IMG/VR virus record: IMGVR_UViG_3300009159_008968
Location: 71,410 to 135,409 of that record
Direction: 5' to 3' (one strand)
Source: a virus
DNA: 64,000 nt
Positions 18,669-27,683 of the stretch are shown here, one piece after another (positions within the stretch are counted from its first letter, which is position 1; every line of letters starts with the position of its first letter). The notes below the pieces were generated by a model. The model did no database searches and was not told the origin of the DNA. It worked only from the letters and a program-made list of their open reading frames with translations. A program made the translations under genes and the position numbers.

Positions 18669-20264
18669 ATGTCTGAATTATTAAACAGTGGACAAGTCGG
18701 TATGACCGTACTCCGTAACTTGTCTGAACAAAGAAAACAAATCATCAAAAACTGGGATAACTCTGGTTTACTTGAAGGTTTGAACGGTAACAAAAAAGCT
18801 AATATTGCTCAATTATTAGAGAACCAAGCGTCTCATATGCTTAATGAGGTAACTCTTGATAGTTCTGCTGGTCGTTTCGACACTGTAGCGTTTCCAATGG
18901 TAAGACGTATCTTCTCAAGATTACTTGCTTCTGAAATCGTTTCAGTTCAACCTCTTGCATTACCTTCAGGTTTGTTATTCTACATGGATGCTGCAGTATC
19001 TTCTGATAAAGTAGCTCCTTATTCTGTGGCTAACTCTCAAAATGGTCCTACATTCCCAGCGAATAAATCAGCTTACGAAAGATTTTATGATAACCGTGGT
19101 TATGATGCTTCTTGGGGTGTTGCTACTCAACGTGTTGGTTCTGCAATCTCTATCGGTTCTGGTTCTACTACAACTGGTTTAATTGCTACAGCTGTAACTT
19201 TAAGTTCTAATTTTGATGTGACTCTTAACCAGTCTTATACATCTTTAGTTCTTTCTGCAACTAGTGCAATTAGCTATGCTGGTACACAATTATATGCTGC
19301 TGGTGCAACTGGTGTAACTTACTATTCTAACCTTCAAACTTATGGTGCTGAATTAGTACAAAATGGTAATCCGGGCAATGTAAACAACATCTATAACATC
19401 GTTATTGATTTACGTCCAGCTCCAACATCTACAGCTGCTTATTCTTGGATTCAATCTGCTTTAACAGCTTCGTTTACGCTTACACCAATGTTCTACACTT
19501 ACAATACAATTGAAGCTAGTCCGAACATGTCAGAATTAACTCTTCGTTTCTCTTCTGTAACTGTAAACTCAATTACAAGAAAAATGAGAGCTCATTGGAC
19601 TCCGGAATTAGCTCAAGATTTGGAAGCATACCATTCAATTGATGCTGAAGCTGAATTAACAGCTTTATTATCAGAAGAAGTTGCTGCTGAAATTGACCGT
19701 GAGATCATCCGTGACCTTATCACTGGTGCCATGTTTGAAGCTCGTTGGGATTACCAAGGTCTTCGTGACAATGTTAACTTCTTCGGAACTCAAAAGGACT
19801 GGAACCAAACTTTAATCACTCGTATTAACGAAATTTCTGCTCAGATCCATAAAGCTACTCTTCGTGGTGGCGCTAACTGGGTTATCTGTTCTGCAGAAGC
19901 TGGTGCAATTTTCGATGATTTAGAGTATTTCCATGTAGATTCATCTGCATCTCCTGAGACTGAAAAGTATAACTTAGGTATGGAAAAAATCGGAAACTTA
20001 GGTAACCGTTATGTAGTGTACAAAGATCCTTATATGCCTGCTAACTTAGTATTAGTTGGACACAAAGGTAATACATTCCTTGAAGCTGGTTACGTTTACG
20101 CTCCGTACATTCCTCTTCAATTAACTCAAACGATCTACGATCCGAATGACTTTACACCTCGTAAAGGTATCATGACTCGTTATGCGAAGAAAATGATCAA
20201 TAACCGTTTCTATGGTGTTATCATCCTTGATAATCTTAACACTTATACTCAGGTATATAGCTAA
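18669..20264 (+). CDS. gp23: Major capsid protein, T4 gp23-like
   Basis: AQLLENQ, VSVQPLALPSGLLFY, ELAQDLEAYHSIDAEAEL, EIDREII, YAPYIPL and GIMTRYA motifs. Confidence 0.97.
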   Translation: MSELLNSGQVGMTVLRNLSEQRKQIIKNWDNSGLLEGLNGNKKANIAQLLENQASHMLNEVTLDSSAGRFDTVAFPMVRRIFSRLLASEIVSVQPLALPSGLLFYMDAAVSSDKVAPYSVANSQNGPTFPANKSAYERFYDNRGYDASWGVATQRVGSAISIGSGSTTTGLIATAVTLSSNFDVTLNQSYTSLVLSATSAISYAGTQLYAAGATGVTYYSNLQTYGAELVQNGNPGNVNNIYNIVIDLRPAPTSTAAYSWIQSALTASFTLTPMFYTYNTIEASPNMSELTLRFSSVTVNSITRKMRAHWTPELAQDLEAYHSIDAEAELTALLSEEVAAEIDREIIRDLITGAMFEARWDYQGLRDNVNFFGTQKDWNQTLITRINEISAQIHKATLRGGANWVICSAEAGAIFDDLEYFHVDSSASPETEKYNLGMEKIGNLGNRYVVYKDPYMPANLVLVGHKGNTFLEAGYVYAPYIPLQLTQTIYDPNDFTPRKGIMTRYAKKMINNRFYGVIILDNLNTYTQVYS

Positions 20265-20284
20265 TTTTAAGATTAGTATTATTG

Positions 20285-20312
20285 AAAAGGGCGAGATTTT
20301 TCTCGCCTTTTT
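20285..20312 (+). terminator. Intrinsic terminator after the capsid gene
   Basis: AAAAGGGCGAGA-TTTT-TCTCGCCTTTTT. Confidence 0.8.
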
Positions 20313-20336
20313 CTTTTTCTTTTATATTTATAGTAT

Positions 20337-21092
20337 ATGTCATCAAGAAACTTAAATAAAACTATTGAGTATTTAAAAAAACAAAATAAAATTTTGTTTA
20401 TTACTACTTCTACAAGATGGGATCAGAGTCAAGAACAACCTAAGTCCACTCAATTAGCTTATCATATTGCTGAAGAAGTAGGTTTGGATAAAGTTAAAGT
20501 TATTGATGCTACCAAAATCAAAATTTTTCCATGCGAAGGAAATGTTTCTAGTGTTACAGGGAACGGTTGTGGATTAAAAGATGCTTCTTTAAAAGATGAA
20601 AAAAAGAATCCAACAGGCAATCATAGATGTTGGGCTTCAATAAATCAGCCGGATGATGAATTATGGAAAATTTCTAAAAATATATTTGAGTCTGATGTTG
20701 TAGTATTTTTTGCTTCTACAAGATGGGGTCAAACGAATTCTATCTATCAAAAACTAATTGAAAGGTTAACTTGGATAGAGAATAGACACACAACTTTAAA
20801 AGAGGATAATATTGTAAAAGACATTAAGTCTGGTTTTATAATTGTTGGTCATAATTGGAGAGCTAAAGAAGTAATAGAAGTTCAAAAAAATGTATTAAAA
20901 TTTTTTGGTTTTCAGGTGCCAAATGAATTATTCTGGGGTTATCAATACACCATGAACGTAAATGATGAAACAGAAGAGTCTTACAAAAAAACAATACCTG
21001 CTTTTGAAAAGTTATATAATTTTATTTTGAATAAAACTGCTATTCACGAAGTAAAATTAAGTATCAAAAAGTTATTGAATTTTAAAAAATAA
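20337..21092 (+). CDS. Flavodoxin-fold NAD(P)H-dependent FMN reductase-like protein
   Basis: ILFITTSTR, IFPCEGNVS..GNGCG, HRCWAS and SDVVVFFASTRWG..S..QKLIERL motifs. Confidence 0.7.
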   Translation: MSSRNLNKTIEYLKKQNKILFITTSTRWDQSQEQPKSTQLAYHIAEEVGLDKVKVIDATKIKIFPCEGNVSSVTGNGCGLKDASLKDEKKNPTGNHRCWASINQPDDELWKISKNIFESDVVVFFASTRWGQTNSIYQKLIERLTWIENRHTTLKEDNIVKDIKSGFIIVGHNWRAKEVIEVQKNVLKFFGFQVPNELFWGYQYTMNVNDETEESYKKTIPAFEKLYNFILNKTAIHEVKLSIKKLLNFKK

Positions 21093-21095
21093 TTA

Positions 21096-22559
21096 TTAAG
21101 ATTTTAGTAGTTTATAGAAATTTGAATGTTTATTTACAAATAAAACATCAATTTGAAAAACTCTATCTTCCCATTCATGTATTTCAAAAATATCAAAAGG
21201 ATAGAAATCTTTATTTTCCATATAATTTAAACATTGATAAAAATCCGGAGTTCCTTTGTTATATTCTTTTAATGATAATTCCATTAAAATAAATTCAATA
21301 AAATTATTTTTAAACATATTTTCAGCTCCATCAAAAATATCTAATTCAGATCCTTGTACATCTATTTTAACAAAATTGATATTTGATATTTTATTTTCTT
21401 CTAATAAACTATCAAGAGTTTGAGTTTTTAATTTTTTAATTACAGTAGTTGTTTCATTATAAACAGGTGTATTCTCAATATATAGCGAAGATCCTGTATT
21501 TATATTAGAAAGATCTTCAGTTAGAGTATAAAAATCCTTTTCAACATCTGAATATTTCCATAACAATTTATTGAAATATCTATAATTACTTTCTTTTAAA
21601 TATTGCTCGTTTATAGGATTAGCTTCAAATAGTATTATTTCAGAATAAGGAAATATATGAGTAAATGATTTAGCCCAATGACCTCTCCAAGCACCAATAT
21701 CTAAAACAGTTTTAGGTTTAAATCCTTCATTTCTTATTCTGGTAAATTTATTAATCATTTTTCCATCAAAATAAGAATTGAATTTTTTTGTTTCTCCAAA
21801 AAACTCTATTAACCCTGTTCTTAATGGCCAAGGACCATTTTGATGTACAATAGATGGCAAAGATCCATTTGGGGTTGTTAATCTACCATTATCAATATTA
21901 TAATCTTTTTCAATATTAGTATTACAAAGATTAAAGAAAATATAATTCTGTCTATCTAATTGTATTTCATATTTACCTGAATAAAACATAATTTGCCAAA
22001 CTCCCTGATCAGATGCATAATTAATCTTTTTTTCTGAAATCATTTTTTCTGAATCGCCAAGAATTTTTAAAAAATTTTTAATTTCAGAAAATATCATTCC
22101 CGAATTAAGATATGGACCAGAACCAAGATCTATTCCCATATCCCAATTATCAACTGTTACTTTTAATGGAAATTGGGTTTTTTCAGCACCAAGTAAAGTT
22201 TTTCCATTAAATTCATTTAATTTAAATAATAATTCTTCATTTGAAGAAATAATAATTGTATCAGAATAATCTAAAAATAAAATGTATTTAAAATTGTTTT
22301 TTTTAAGATATTCTTCTAGGCTCTTTTTTAGTAAAATTATTTTATAATAAATATATTCACCCATTGGGCCATAATCATTGGCATATGTTATTTCTTTTTG
22401 TATTTCTCTTTCATAATTAAAAACTTTGTAATTGAATCCTGATTCTATCCATTGCAATTCAAAAGGAAAAAATCCATTTTTACTATCAGTATTATAATCA
22501 CCCCACCGAACAGAACAAATTAACAAATTTTCTTTTGTTATGATTTCTTGTGTATTCAT
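21096..22559 (-). CDS. Fusion of a PLOD/procollagen-type glycosyltransferase domain and an FkbM-family methyltransferase
   Basis: N-half: ILFLDYSD, LLGAEK..FP, YLNSGMI, SDQ, QLDRQNYIFFNL. C-half: VLDIGAWRG, FEANP, KIDVQGSELD, QIDVLF. Confidence 0.75.
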   Translation of the reverse strand: MNTQEIITKENLLICSVRWGDYNTDSKNGFFPFELQWIESGFNYKVFNYEREIQKEITYANDYGPMGEYIYYKIILLKKSLEEYLKKNNFKYILFLDYSDTIIISSNEELLFKLNEFNGKTLLGAEKTQFPLKVTVDNWDMGIDLGSGPYLNSGMIFSEIKNFLKILGDSEKMISEKKINYASDQGVWQIMFYSGKYEIQLDRQNYIFFNLCNTNIEKDYNIDNGRLTTPNGSLPSIVHQNGPWPLRTGLIEFFGETKKFNSYFDGKMINKFTRIRNEGFKPKTVLDIGAWRGHWAKSFTHIFPYSEIILFEANPINEQYLKESNYRYFNKLLWKYSDVEKDFYTLTEDLSNINTGSSLYIENTPVYNETTTVIKKLKTQTLDSLLEENKISNINFVKIDVQGSELDIFDGAENMFKNNFIEFILMELSLKEYNKGTPDFYQCLNYMENKDFYPFDIFEIHEWEDRVFQIDVLFVNKHSNFYKLLKS

Positions 22560-22645
22560 GTTTTACTTTAAAATCTTTATAACCAAAGATAGTATTTTTA
22601 TTTTAAATTTAATATTTTTTAGGTTATTTATTATTAAAACCTTTT

Positions 22646-24148
22646 ATGGATAATTTATCTGAAGAACTCAATATTTTAATTAAAAATCATTTAGATTATT
22701 TAAATGAATCACTTGTAGCTGGAGAAAATGTCCAAGAAGGAGATTTTATTGTAAAAAGTAGTGATAAATCAAAATTAACTGGAGATTTCAAAAAAGATTA
22801 TAACTTATTTTATAAAGTTACTGATTTTACAGAAACAGGAAACTCATTAATTATCAGTTTAGATCAACTTGATAAATGGAGAAATTCAAATAATGTTGAT
22901 AGAACTTTAATGTCAAAAGAGGTAAACCTTAAAGATTACGATGTAATTGATGTTGAAGAAGATTATGCTGATTTTCCTAAAACATATCTTGATGAGGGTA
23001 AAGTAAAATCTTCAAGAATAAAAAGTGGTAGAAAAGTTCCGGGTAAATATCTTACAAAAGATAAAGCAGCTATGAAGGGTGAAATTGAGAGAGTTTCTAA
23101 ATTAAAAGCTGATGATCCATCCGCTTATGGAAAATGGGAAGCAGATTATAAAGCAAGAAACACTAAGTCTGGAGAACCTCATAAAACAAAGAAAAGTGCT
23201 GCAACAATAGCTTATGAAAAAAAGTTTGGTAAAAAAAATGAACAAATGGAAAATTTGAATGAAGATTTTATAAATGAAGAAACAGATGCAATGATAAAAA
23301 ATAAAGCTAAAGCTTCAGGTATATCAGCATCAATATTAAGACAAGTTTATTCTAGAGGAGCTGCCGCTTGGAAAAGTGGTCATAGACCCGGAGTTTCTCA
23401 GCAACAGTGGGCAACTGGAAGAATTAATTCATTTATCACTGGAAGTGGTGGTGCAAGAAAAGCTGATGCTGATCTCTGGGTAAAAGCAAAGAAATCTAAG
23501 AAAAGAAAAAATGAATCTACAGAAGAGCAACTATTAAGAAATAAAATAAGAGAAATTCTTTATGAAGAACTAAATAAAGATCTTGAAGAATTATATCCAA
23601 TGTTAGTTGGTGAAGATGATCTTGAAGAGTTGTATCCAATGTTAGTTGGTGAAGACAATCTTGAAGAAGGATTAGGTAAATATGTAGCTGGAGCTGCCTT
23701 GGCTGCATCGTTAGCTGGTGCTCCAATGAAGAGTTCAGCTCAGACTCCCATAAAGGATTTCGCAAAAGAAAAAATTGCGATGGTACAGGATAAGGTAGGA
23801 AATCTTTTTAATAAAAAAACAACAGCCGACTTTTCACAGAAAGGTGGAGGTGCTGAAGCAAGTATTGATAGTCTTAACAAGATGGTTGGTAAGATTGAGA
23901 AGATTGGTGACAACAGATTTCAGACCGTTGGTACGGCGACATCTGATAACCTTGATATGGCGTTGGATCTTGCAAGAAGTAACGGAATGAACAGCATTGC
24001 GGATGGAGTCAAAGGCAAAGAGATTTCACCGGGAAAAAGAGTTTACTCTGCAAGATTGACGAACACCCAAACGAAAGACGAAAGGGTTTTTCAGAACGAA
24101 GACGGTAGTTACACCTGTTTCATCACAGTTGCCTCTTTTGTGAACTAA
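22646..24148 (+). CDS. Modular putative head protein
   Basis: Glu-rich linkers separate domains including ILRQVYSRGAAAWKSGHRPG; LRNKIREIL helix; DLEELYPMLVGED x2; GC-richer C-terminal module. Confidence 0.65.
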   Translation: MDNLSEELNILIKNHLDYLNESLVAGENVQEGDFIVKSSDKSKLTGDFKKDYNLFYKVTDFTETGNSLIISLDQLDKWRNSNNVDRTLMSKEVNLKDYDVIDVEEDYADFPKTYLDEGKVKSSRIKSGRKVPGKYLTKDKAAMKGEIERVSKLKADDPSAYGKWEADYKARNTKSGEPHKTKKSAATIAYEKKFGKKNEQMENLNEDFINEETDAMIKNKAKASGISASILRQVYSRGAAAWKSGHRPGVSQQQWATGRINSFITGSGGARKADADLWVKAKKSKKRKNESTEEQLLRNKIREILYEELNKDLEELYPMLVGEDDLEELYPMLVGEDNLEEGLGKYVAGAALAASLAGAPMKSSAQTPIKDFAKEKIAMVQDKVGNLFNKKTTADFSQKGGGAEASIDSLNKMVGKIEKIGDNRFQTVGTATSDNLDMALDLARSNGMNSIADGVKGKEISPGKRVYSARLTNTQTKDERVFQNEDGSYTCFITVASFVN

Positions 24149-24187
24149 TAGAATTACCGTTGCAGGCTACGATAAATTAATCAATAT

Positions 24188-24547
24188 TCATTTTTGTGAT
24201 CTTTGATTTGTATAATCTTTTCTATTCCAAGATGGCCCATTATATAGACCATTTTTTAATAAGTTGTAAAATTCTTTTTCACCATACTTTTTTAAAAGTA
24301 TTTCATTACTCAACAATGCTTTTTGTATTGATTTTTCAATTTCTAACATAAGAAAATGCATTTCTTTGCCAGATATTCTACTTAACTCATTCCATGGAAT
24401 TTCTCTATTTGGAGTGACTACTTTTACATCAGTGTAATCACCAATTAAAGATTGTGGAACTTTTCCCGCATGTAAATCTTCAAGTGTATTTCTAACGTGA
24501 CATGCTATAAGAAGAGCCTGTAAACTATTTTTTTCTTTTTTTGTCAT
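24188..24547 (-). CDS. Hypothetical protein
   Basis: 119-aa ORF, third gene of a minus-strand operon. Confidence 0.6.
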   Translation of the reverse strand: MTKKEKNSLQALLIACHVRNTLEDLHAGKVPQSLIGDYTDVKVVTPNREIPWNELSRISGKEMHFLMLEIEKSIQKALLSNEILLKKYGEKEFYNLLKNGLYNGPSWNRKDYTNQRSQK

Positions 24548-24550
24548 ATA

Positions 24551-24946
24551 TTAATTAATTGCTAAACACATGGTTAATCCTTCTTTTTTTACTGCGAAAT
24601 ATAATTGTTTGTTAATTCCATTTACACTTGATATTACTAATCCTGTAGCAAGAATTGTCATAACTCCTCCAAGCCCATAAATCATAGTATTGTTCATATA
24701 ATAATCATGCCTTGAGGCTTGTTCTCCTAAAACAAGACCACCAACAAGTATTCCTGTATACATCATAGTCTTTGCAAATCTATTTTTGCGATGATTATGT
24801 TCGCAAAAACGTTTATCATCTTCAAAATAGAAATTATCAACAAGAGTATCGTTTCTATTTAATTGATACATTGAATATGCATTTTGACTTTTTGCTTCAT
24901 TGTTTAAAATGAAAAGCAAAATAATAACAGAGATAATATTTTTCAT
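24551..24946 (-). CDS. Exported or membrane protein
   Basis: Signal peptide ending AKS|Q plus two hydrophobic segments. Confidence 0.6.
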   Translation of the reverse strand: MKNIISVIILLFILNNEAKSQNAYSMYQLNRNDTLVDNFYFEDDKRFCEHNHRKNRFAKTMMYTGILVGGLVLGEQASRHDYYMNNTMIYGLGGVMTILATGLVISSVNGINKQLYFAVKKEGLTMCLAIN

Positions 24947-24947
24947 A

Positions 24948-25352
24948 TTAGTAAAGAATATTTAAATTATTCAAAACAATTTTAGCACTATCGTTTTCTA
25001 CGACAGTTTTAATTCTTATTACTCTATTAGTGGCCATTATATTAGCATCATAAGATAAAATAATGTATTTATCATCTTGCATACGGCTATTAATTTTAAT
25101 TTTATAACCGAAATCACAAGATCTATAATAATCTAAAATTTTGTCTTTTCCGTATTTTTTAATTGATTCCTGAGAAGTGAATTTTAACATTTCATCATAT
25201 TTCCCAAATCTATAAAGAGTTTGAAAATATTGGCCAAAATTTGTTCCATACATAAATGATGGATTAGAAAAAGGCTTATCCCCAGAATAAGTTTGAGCCT
25301 GTAAATTAGCTCCATAAAACATAATAATTAAAATTAAAATAATGCGTTTCAT
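24948..25352 (-). CDS. Exported protein
   Basis: Signal peptide MKRIILILIIMFYGANLQA|Q. Confidence 0.65.
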   Translation of the reverse strand: MKRIILILIIMFYGANLQAQTYSGDKPFSNPSFMYGTNFGQYFQTLYRFGKYDEMLKFTSQESIKKYGKDKILDYYRSCDFGYKIKINSRMQDDKYIILSYDANIMATNRVIRIKTVVENDSAKIVLNNLNILY

Positions 25353-25364
25353 AACTTTTTTTCT

Positions 25365-25396
25365 AATTTAAACGCAGTATTTTAAAAAAAGTTACA
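25365..25396 (-). promoter_or_regulatory. TGTAACT-N15-CGTTTAAATT motif, copy 2
   Basis: Identical boxes and spacing to 4050..4081 and 29539..29570. Confidence 0.6.
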
Positions 25397-25424
25397 TAAA
25401 AATAGGCAAAAGCCTGAAATTTAA

Positions 25425-25616
25425 CTAATTATGAGTTTTTTCTTTATAAAACTTTTTAATTAAAATAAATGTAAGTGCAAAAGTAGATATTAAATTTAAA
25501 GATGCTAAAAAATACACAAACCATAATTGTGTAAAAAATAGATAGATAGATATACCTAATAGAAATAATATAAAAATATAACTAGCCAGTCGAGCAATTT
25601 TATCTTCTAATAACAT
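25425..25616 (-). CDS. Small protein with two transmembrane segments
   Basis: 63 aa, mostly hydrophobic, basic C-terminus. Confidence 0.55.
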   Translation of the reverse strand: MLLEDKIARLASYIFILFLLGISIYLFFTQLWFVYFLASLNLISTFALTFILIKKFYKEKTHN

Positions 25617-25619
25617 TTT

Positions 25620-26414
25620 TTATTTTAATTGAAGTTGTATTATTTTCAAATCTACAAAAGAATTTTGATTTTTCAAATTTTGTCTTACTTCAATTCCGGC
25701 TAAATTTAATCTAAATTTTTTATTATTATAAACAATTGGATCTAAACCTGCTCTTGCAACAACTCCCTTACTTCCTAAATCATAATTTACGCCAACATAA
25801 GGTTTAAAATTAAATTCCCATTTTTTTGTTTTATCAATTACATAAGTCAAAGAATTAAGACATTTTAAAGAATCTCCAGTAGTTTTATTATAACCACTTA
25901 CAAATAACTTAACTTGAGTAGGATTATTTGGATCTGGATATGCTTGAACTGTTGTTAATTCTATTTCTTGTGGATGAATAATCAATAATGAAGAATCTCC
26001 ATTTACAGGTTCAACTTTAGCAATTTTTGTAATTACTCCATCTTTATTATAAAACATTACAGAATCACCTTCAATTAAAAAAGAACTTTTATTAAAAACT
26101 TGAGTAGTATTGTCAACTTTTAAGTTTTTCATTTCTTCTTTAATTGCATCAGGAATCATTTTCTGAATTTCTTTATACTGCTTATTTAAAGCCGTATTGA
26201 ATATCTTATCAAATAATCCCGGTTGAGCAACAACTTGTACTTCAGAACGAGCACTAACACCATCAGAAAGAATTTTAAATTCATTATCTATTTTTTTATT
26301 TTGCTTACTGAAATCTTCTTGCATTTTATCCATTTTCCTTTCAAAAAAGAATATAACACCATATAATAACAGTGCCATAATAAGCGTCATTTTAACTAAA
26401 TCTTTAAATTTCAT
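25620..26414 (-). CDS. Membrane-anchored protein, spanin-like candidate
   Basis: N-terminal TM segment, coiled coil, C-terminal amphipathic beta strands; TATTTAT upstream. Confidence 0.45.
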   Translation of the reverse strand: MKFKDLVKMTLIMALLLYGVIFFFERKMDKMQEDFSKQNKKIDNEFKILSDGVSARSEVQVVAQPGLFDKIFNTALNKQYKEIQKMIPDAIKEEMKNLKVDNTTQVFNKSSFLIEGDSVMFYNKDGVITKIAKVEPVNGDSSLLIIHPQEIELTTVQAYPDPNNPTQVKLFVSGYNKTTGDSLKCLNSLTYVIDKTKKWEFNFKPYVGVNYDLGSKGVVARAGLDPIVYNNKKFRLNLAGIEVRQNLKNQNSFVDLKIIQLQLK

Positions 26415-26490
26415 TTTTTTATTTGTTTATAATAATAAATAACCTTGTTTTTTTTAATTTTAATAAATTATAGATTATTTATACTTAACC

Positions 26491-27663
26491 ATGGAAATTA
26501 GAAAATTAATTAGAAAAATTATAAACGAGTCTTTTTTGACTGAAAACGAAGTAAAAAGAATAGATTTTAATTATCCTTTACCGGAAGATTTAAATAAATT
26601 AAAAAAATACTTTGATGATAACGATTTTGAATTATTTGTTGTAGGCGGAGCAGTACGTGATATGATATTAGGAAAAAATCCTAAAGATATTGATTTGGTT
26701 TCTGACGCTACTCCTGATGATGTAAAAAGAATTTTACCAAAAGAATATAAAATTATTCCAAAAGGAGAAGCGTTTGGCATTGTTCAAATAATAACACCAG
26801 AAGGTGGTGATTATGAAATTGCTCGTTACAGAGAAGATATTGGAAAAGGTGATGGAAGAAGACCTGATTCAGTTAAATTCTCAACAATTGATTCTGATGC
26901 TCTAAGAAGAGATTTGACCATTAACGCCCTTTATTATGATGTTAATAAAAATCAAATAATTGATTTTGTTAATGGATATGAAGATATTCTGAAAAGAAAT
27001 ATTAAAACAGTTGGTAAAGCAGAAGAAAGATTTGATGAAGACCGTTTAAGGATTTTGAGAGCTTTTAGATTTGCAGCGAGATTTAATTCAAATTTAGATC
27101 AAGATATTGTTGATGCTCTGAGAAATAATAATTCTTTAGTGGGAATATCAGAAGAAAGAATTAGAGATGAGTTTTTAAAAGGAATTCAAAGCTCACAATC
27201 TGTTGTCAAATTCCTTACTGATTTAGATAACTATGGATTATTAAAACAAATTTTAGGTGACCTAGATTATAACAGTACTGATTTTATAGAAACACATGAT
27301 TATATTGTTTTATTGGCCAATATTTTGAAAACAAATCCAGTTAACAAAATACAATCAAGTTTAAATTCTTTAAAATATACAACTGATGAAATAAAGAAAA
27401 TTGTCTTTTTAGTACTTTTCTTAAAATTTGATCCTGAGTCAGTTTATAATTTCAAAATAAAAGAAAAAGTTTCTAAAATATCTGATGAAGAAGTTTTAGA
27501 ATTCGCTAAAATAAATTCTATGAATATGAATATGGTTCAAAAATTCTTAGATTTTAAATTATCTGTATCTGGAGATGAACTATTGAATAAAGGTTTCAAA
27601 GGAGCCGCTTTAGGTCAAGAAAAAGAAAGATTGGAAACAATTAATTTTTTAGATACATTATAA
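26491..27663 (+). CDS. cca: CCA-adding tRNA nucleotidyltransferase (class II) with an N-terminal extension
   Basis: VVGGAVRD, KDIDLVSDATP, RRDLTINAL, EDRLRILRAFRFA and ISEERIRDEF motifs. Confidence 0.9.
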   Translation: MEIRKLIRKIINESFLTENEVKRIDFNYPLPEDLNKLKKYFDDNDFELFVVGGAVRDMILGKNPKDIDLVSDATPDDVKRILPKEYKIIPKGEAFGIVQIITPEGGDYEIARYREDIGKGDGRRPDSVKFSTIDSDALRRDLTINALYYDVNKNQIIDFVNGYEDILKRNIKTVGKAEERFDEDRLRILRAFRFAARFNSNLDQDIVDALRNNNSLVGISEERIRDEFLKGIQSSQSVVKFLTDLDNYGLLKQILGDLDYNSTDFIETHDYIVLLANILKTNPVNKIQSSLNSLKYTTDEIKKIVFLVLFLKFDPESVYNFKIKEKVSKISDEEVLEFAKINSMNMNMVQKFLDFKLSVSGDELLNKGFKGAALGQEKERLETINFLDTL

Positions 27664-27683
27664 TTTTTCTACTATTTATTTAC

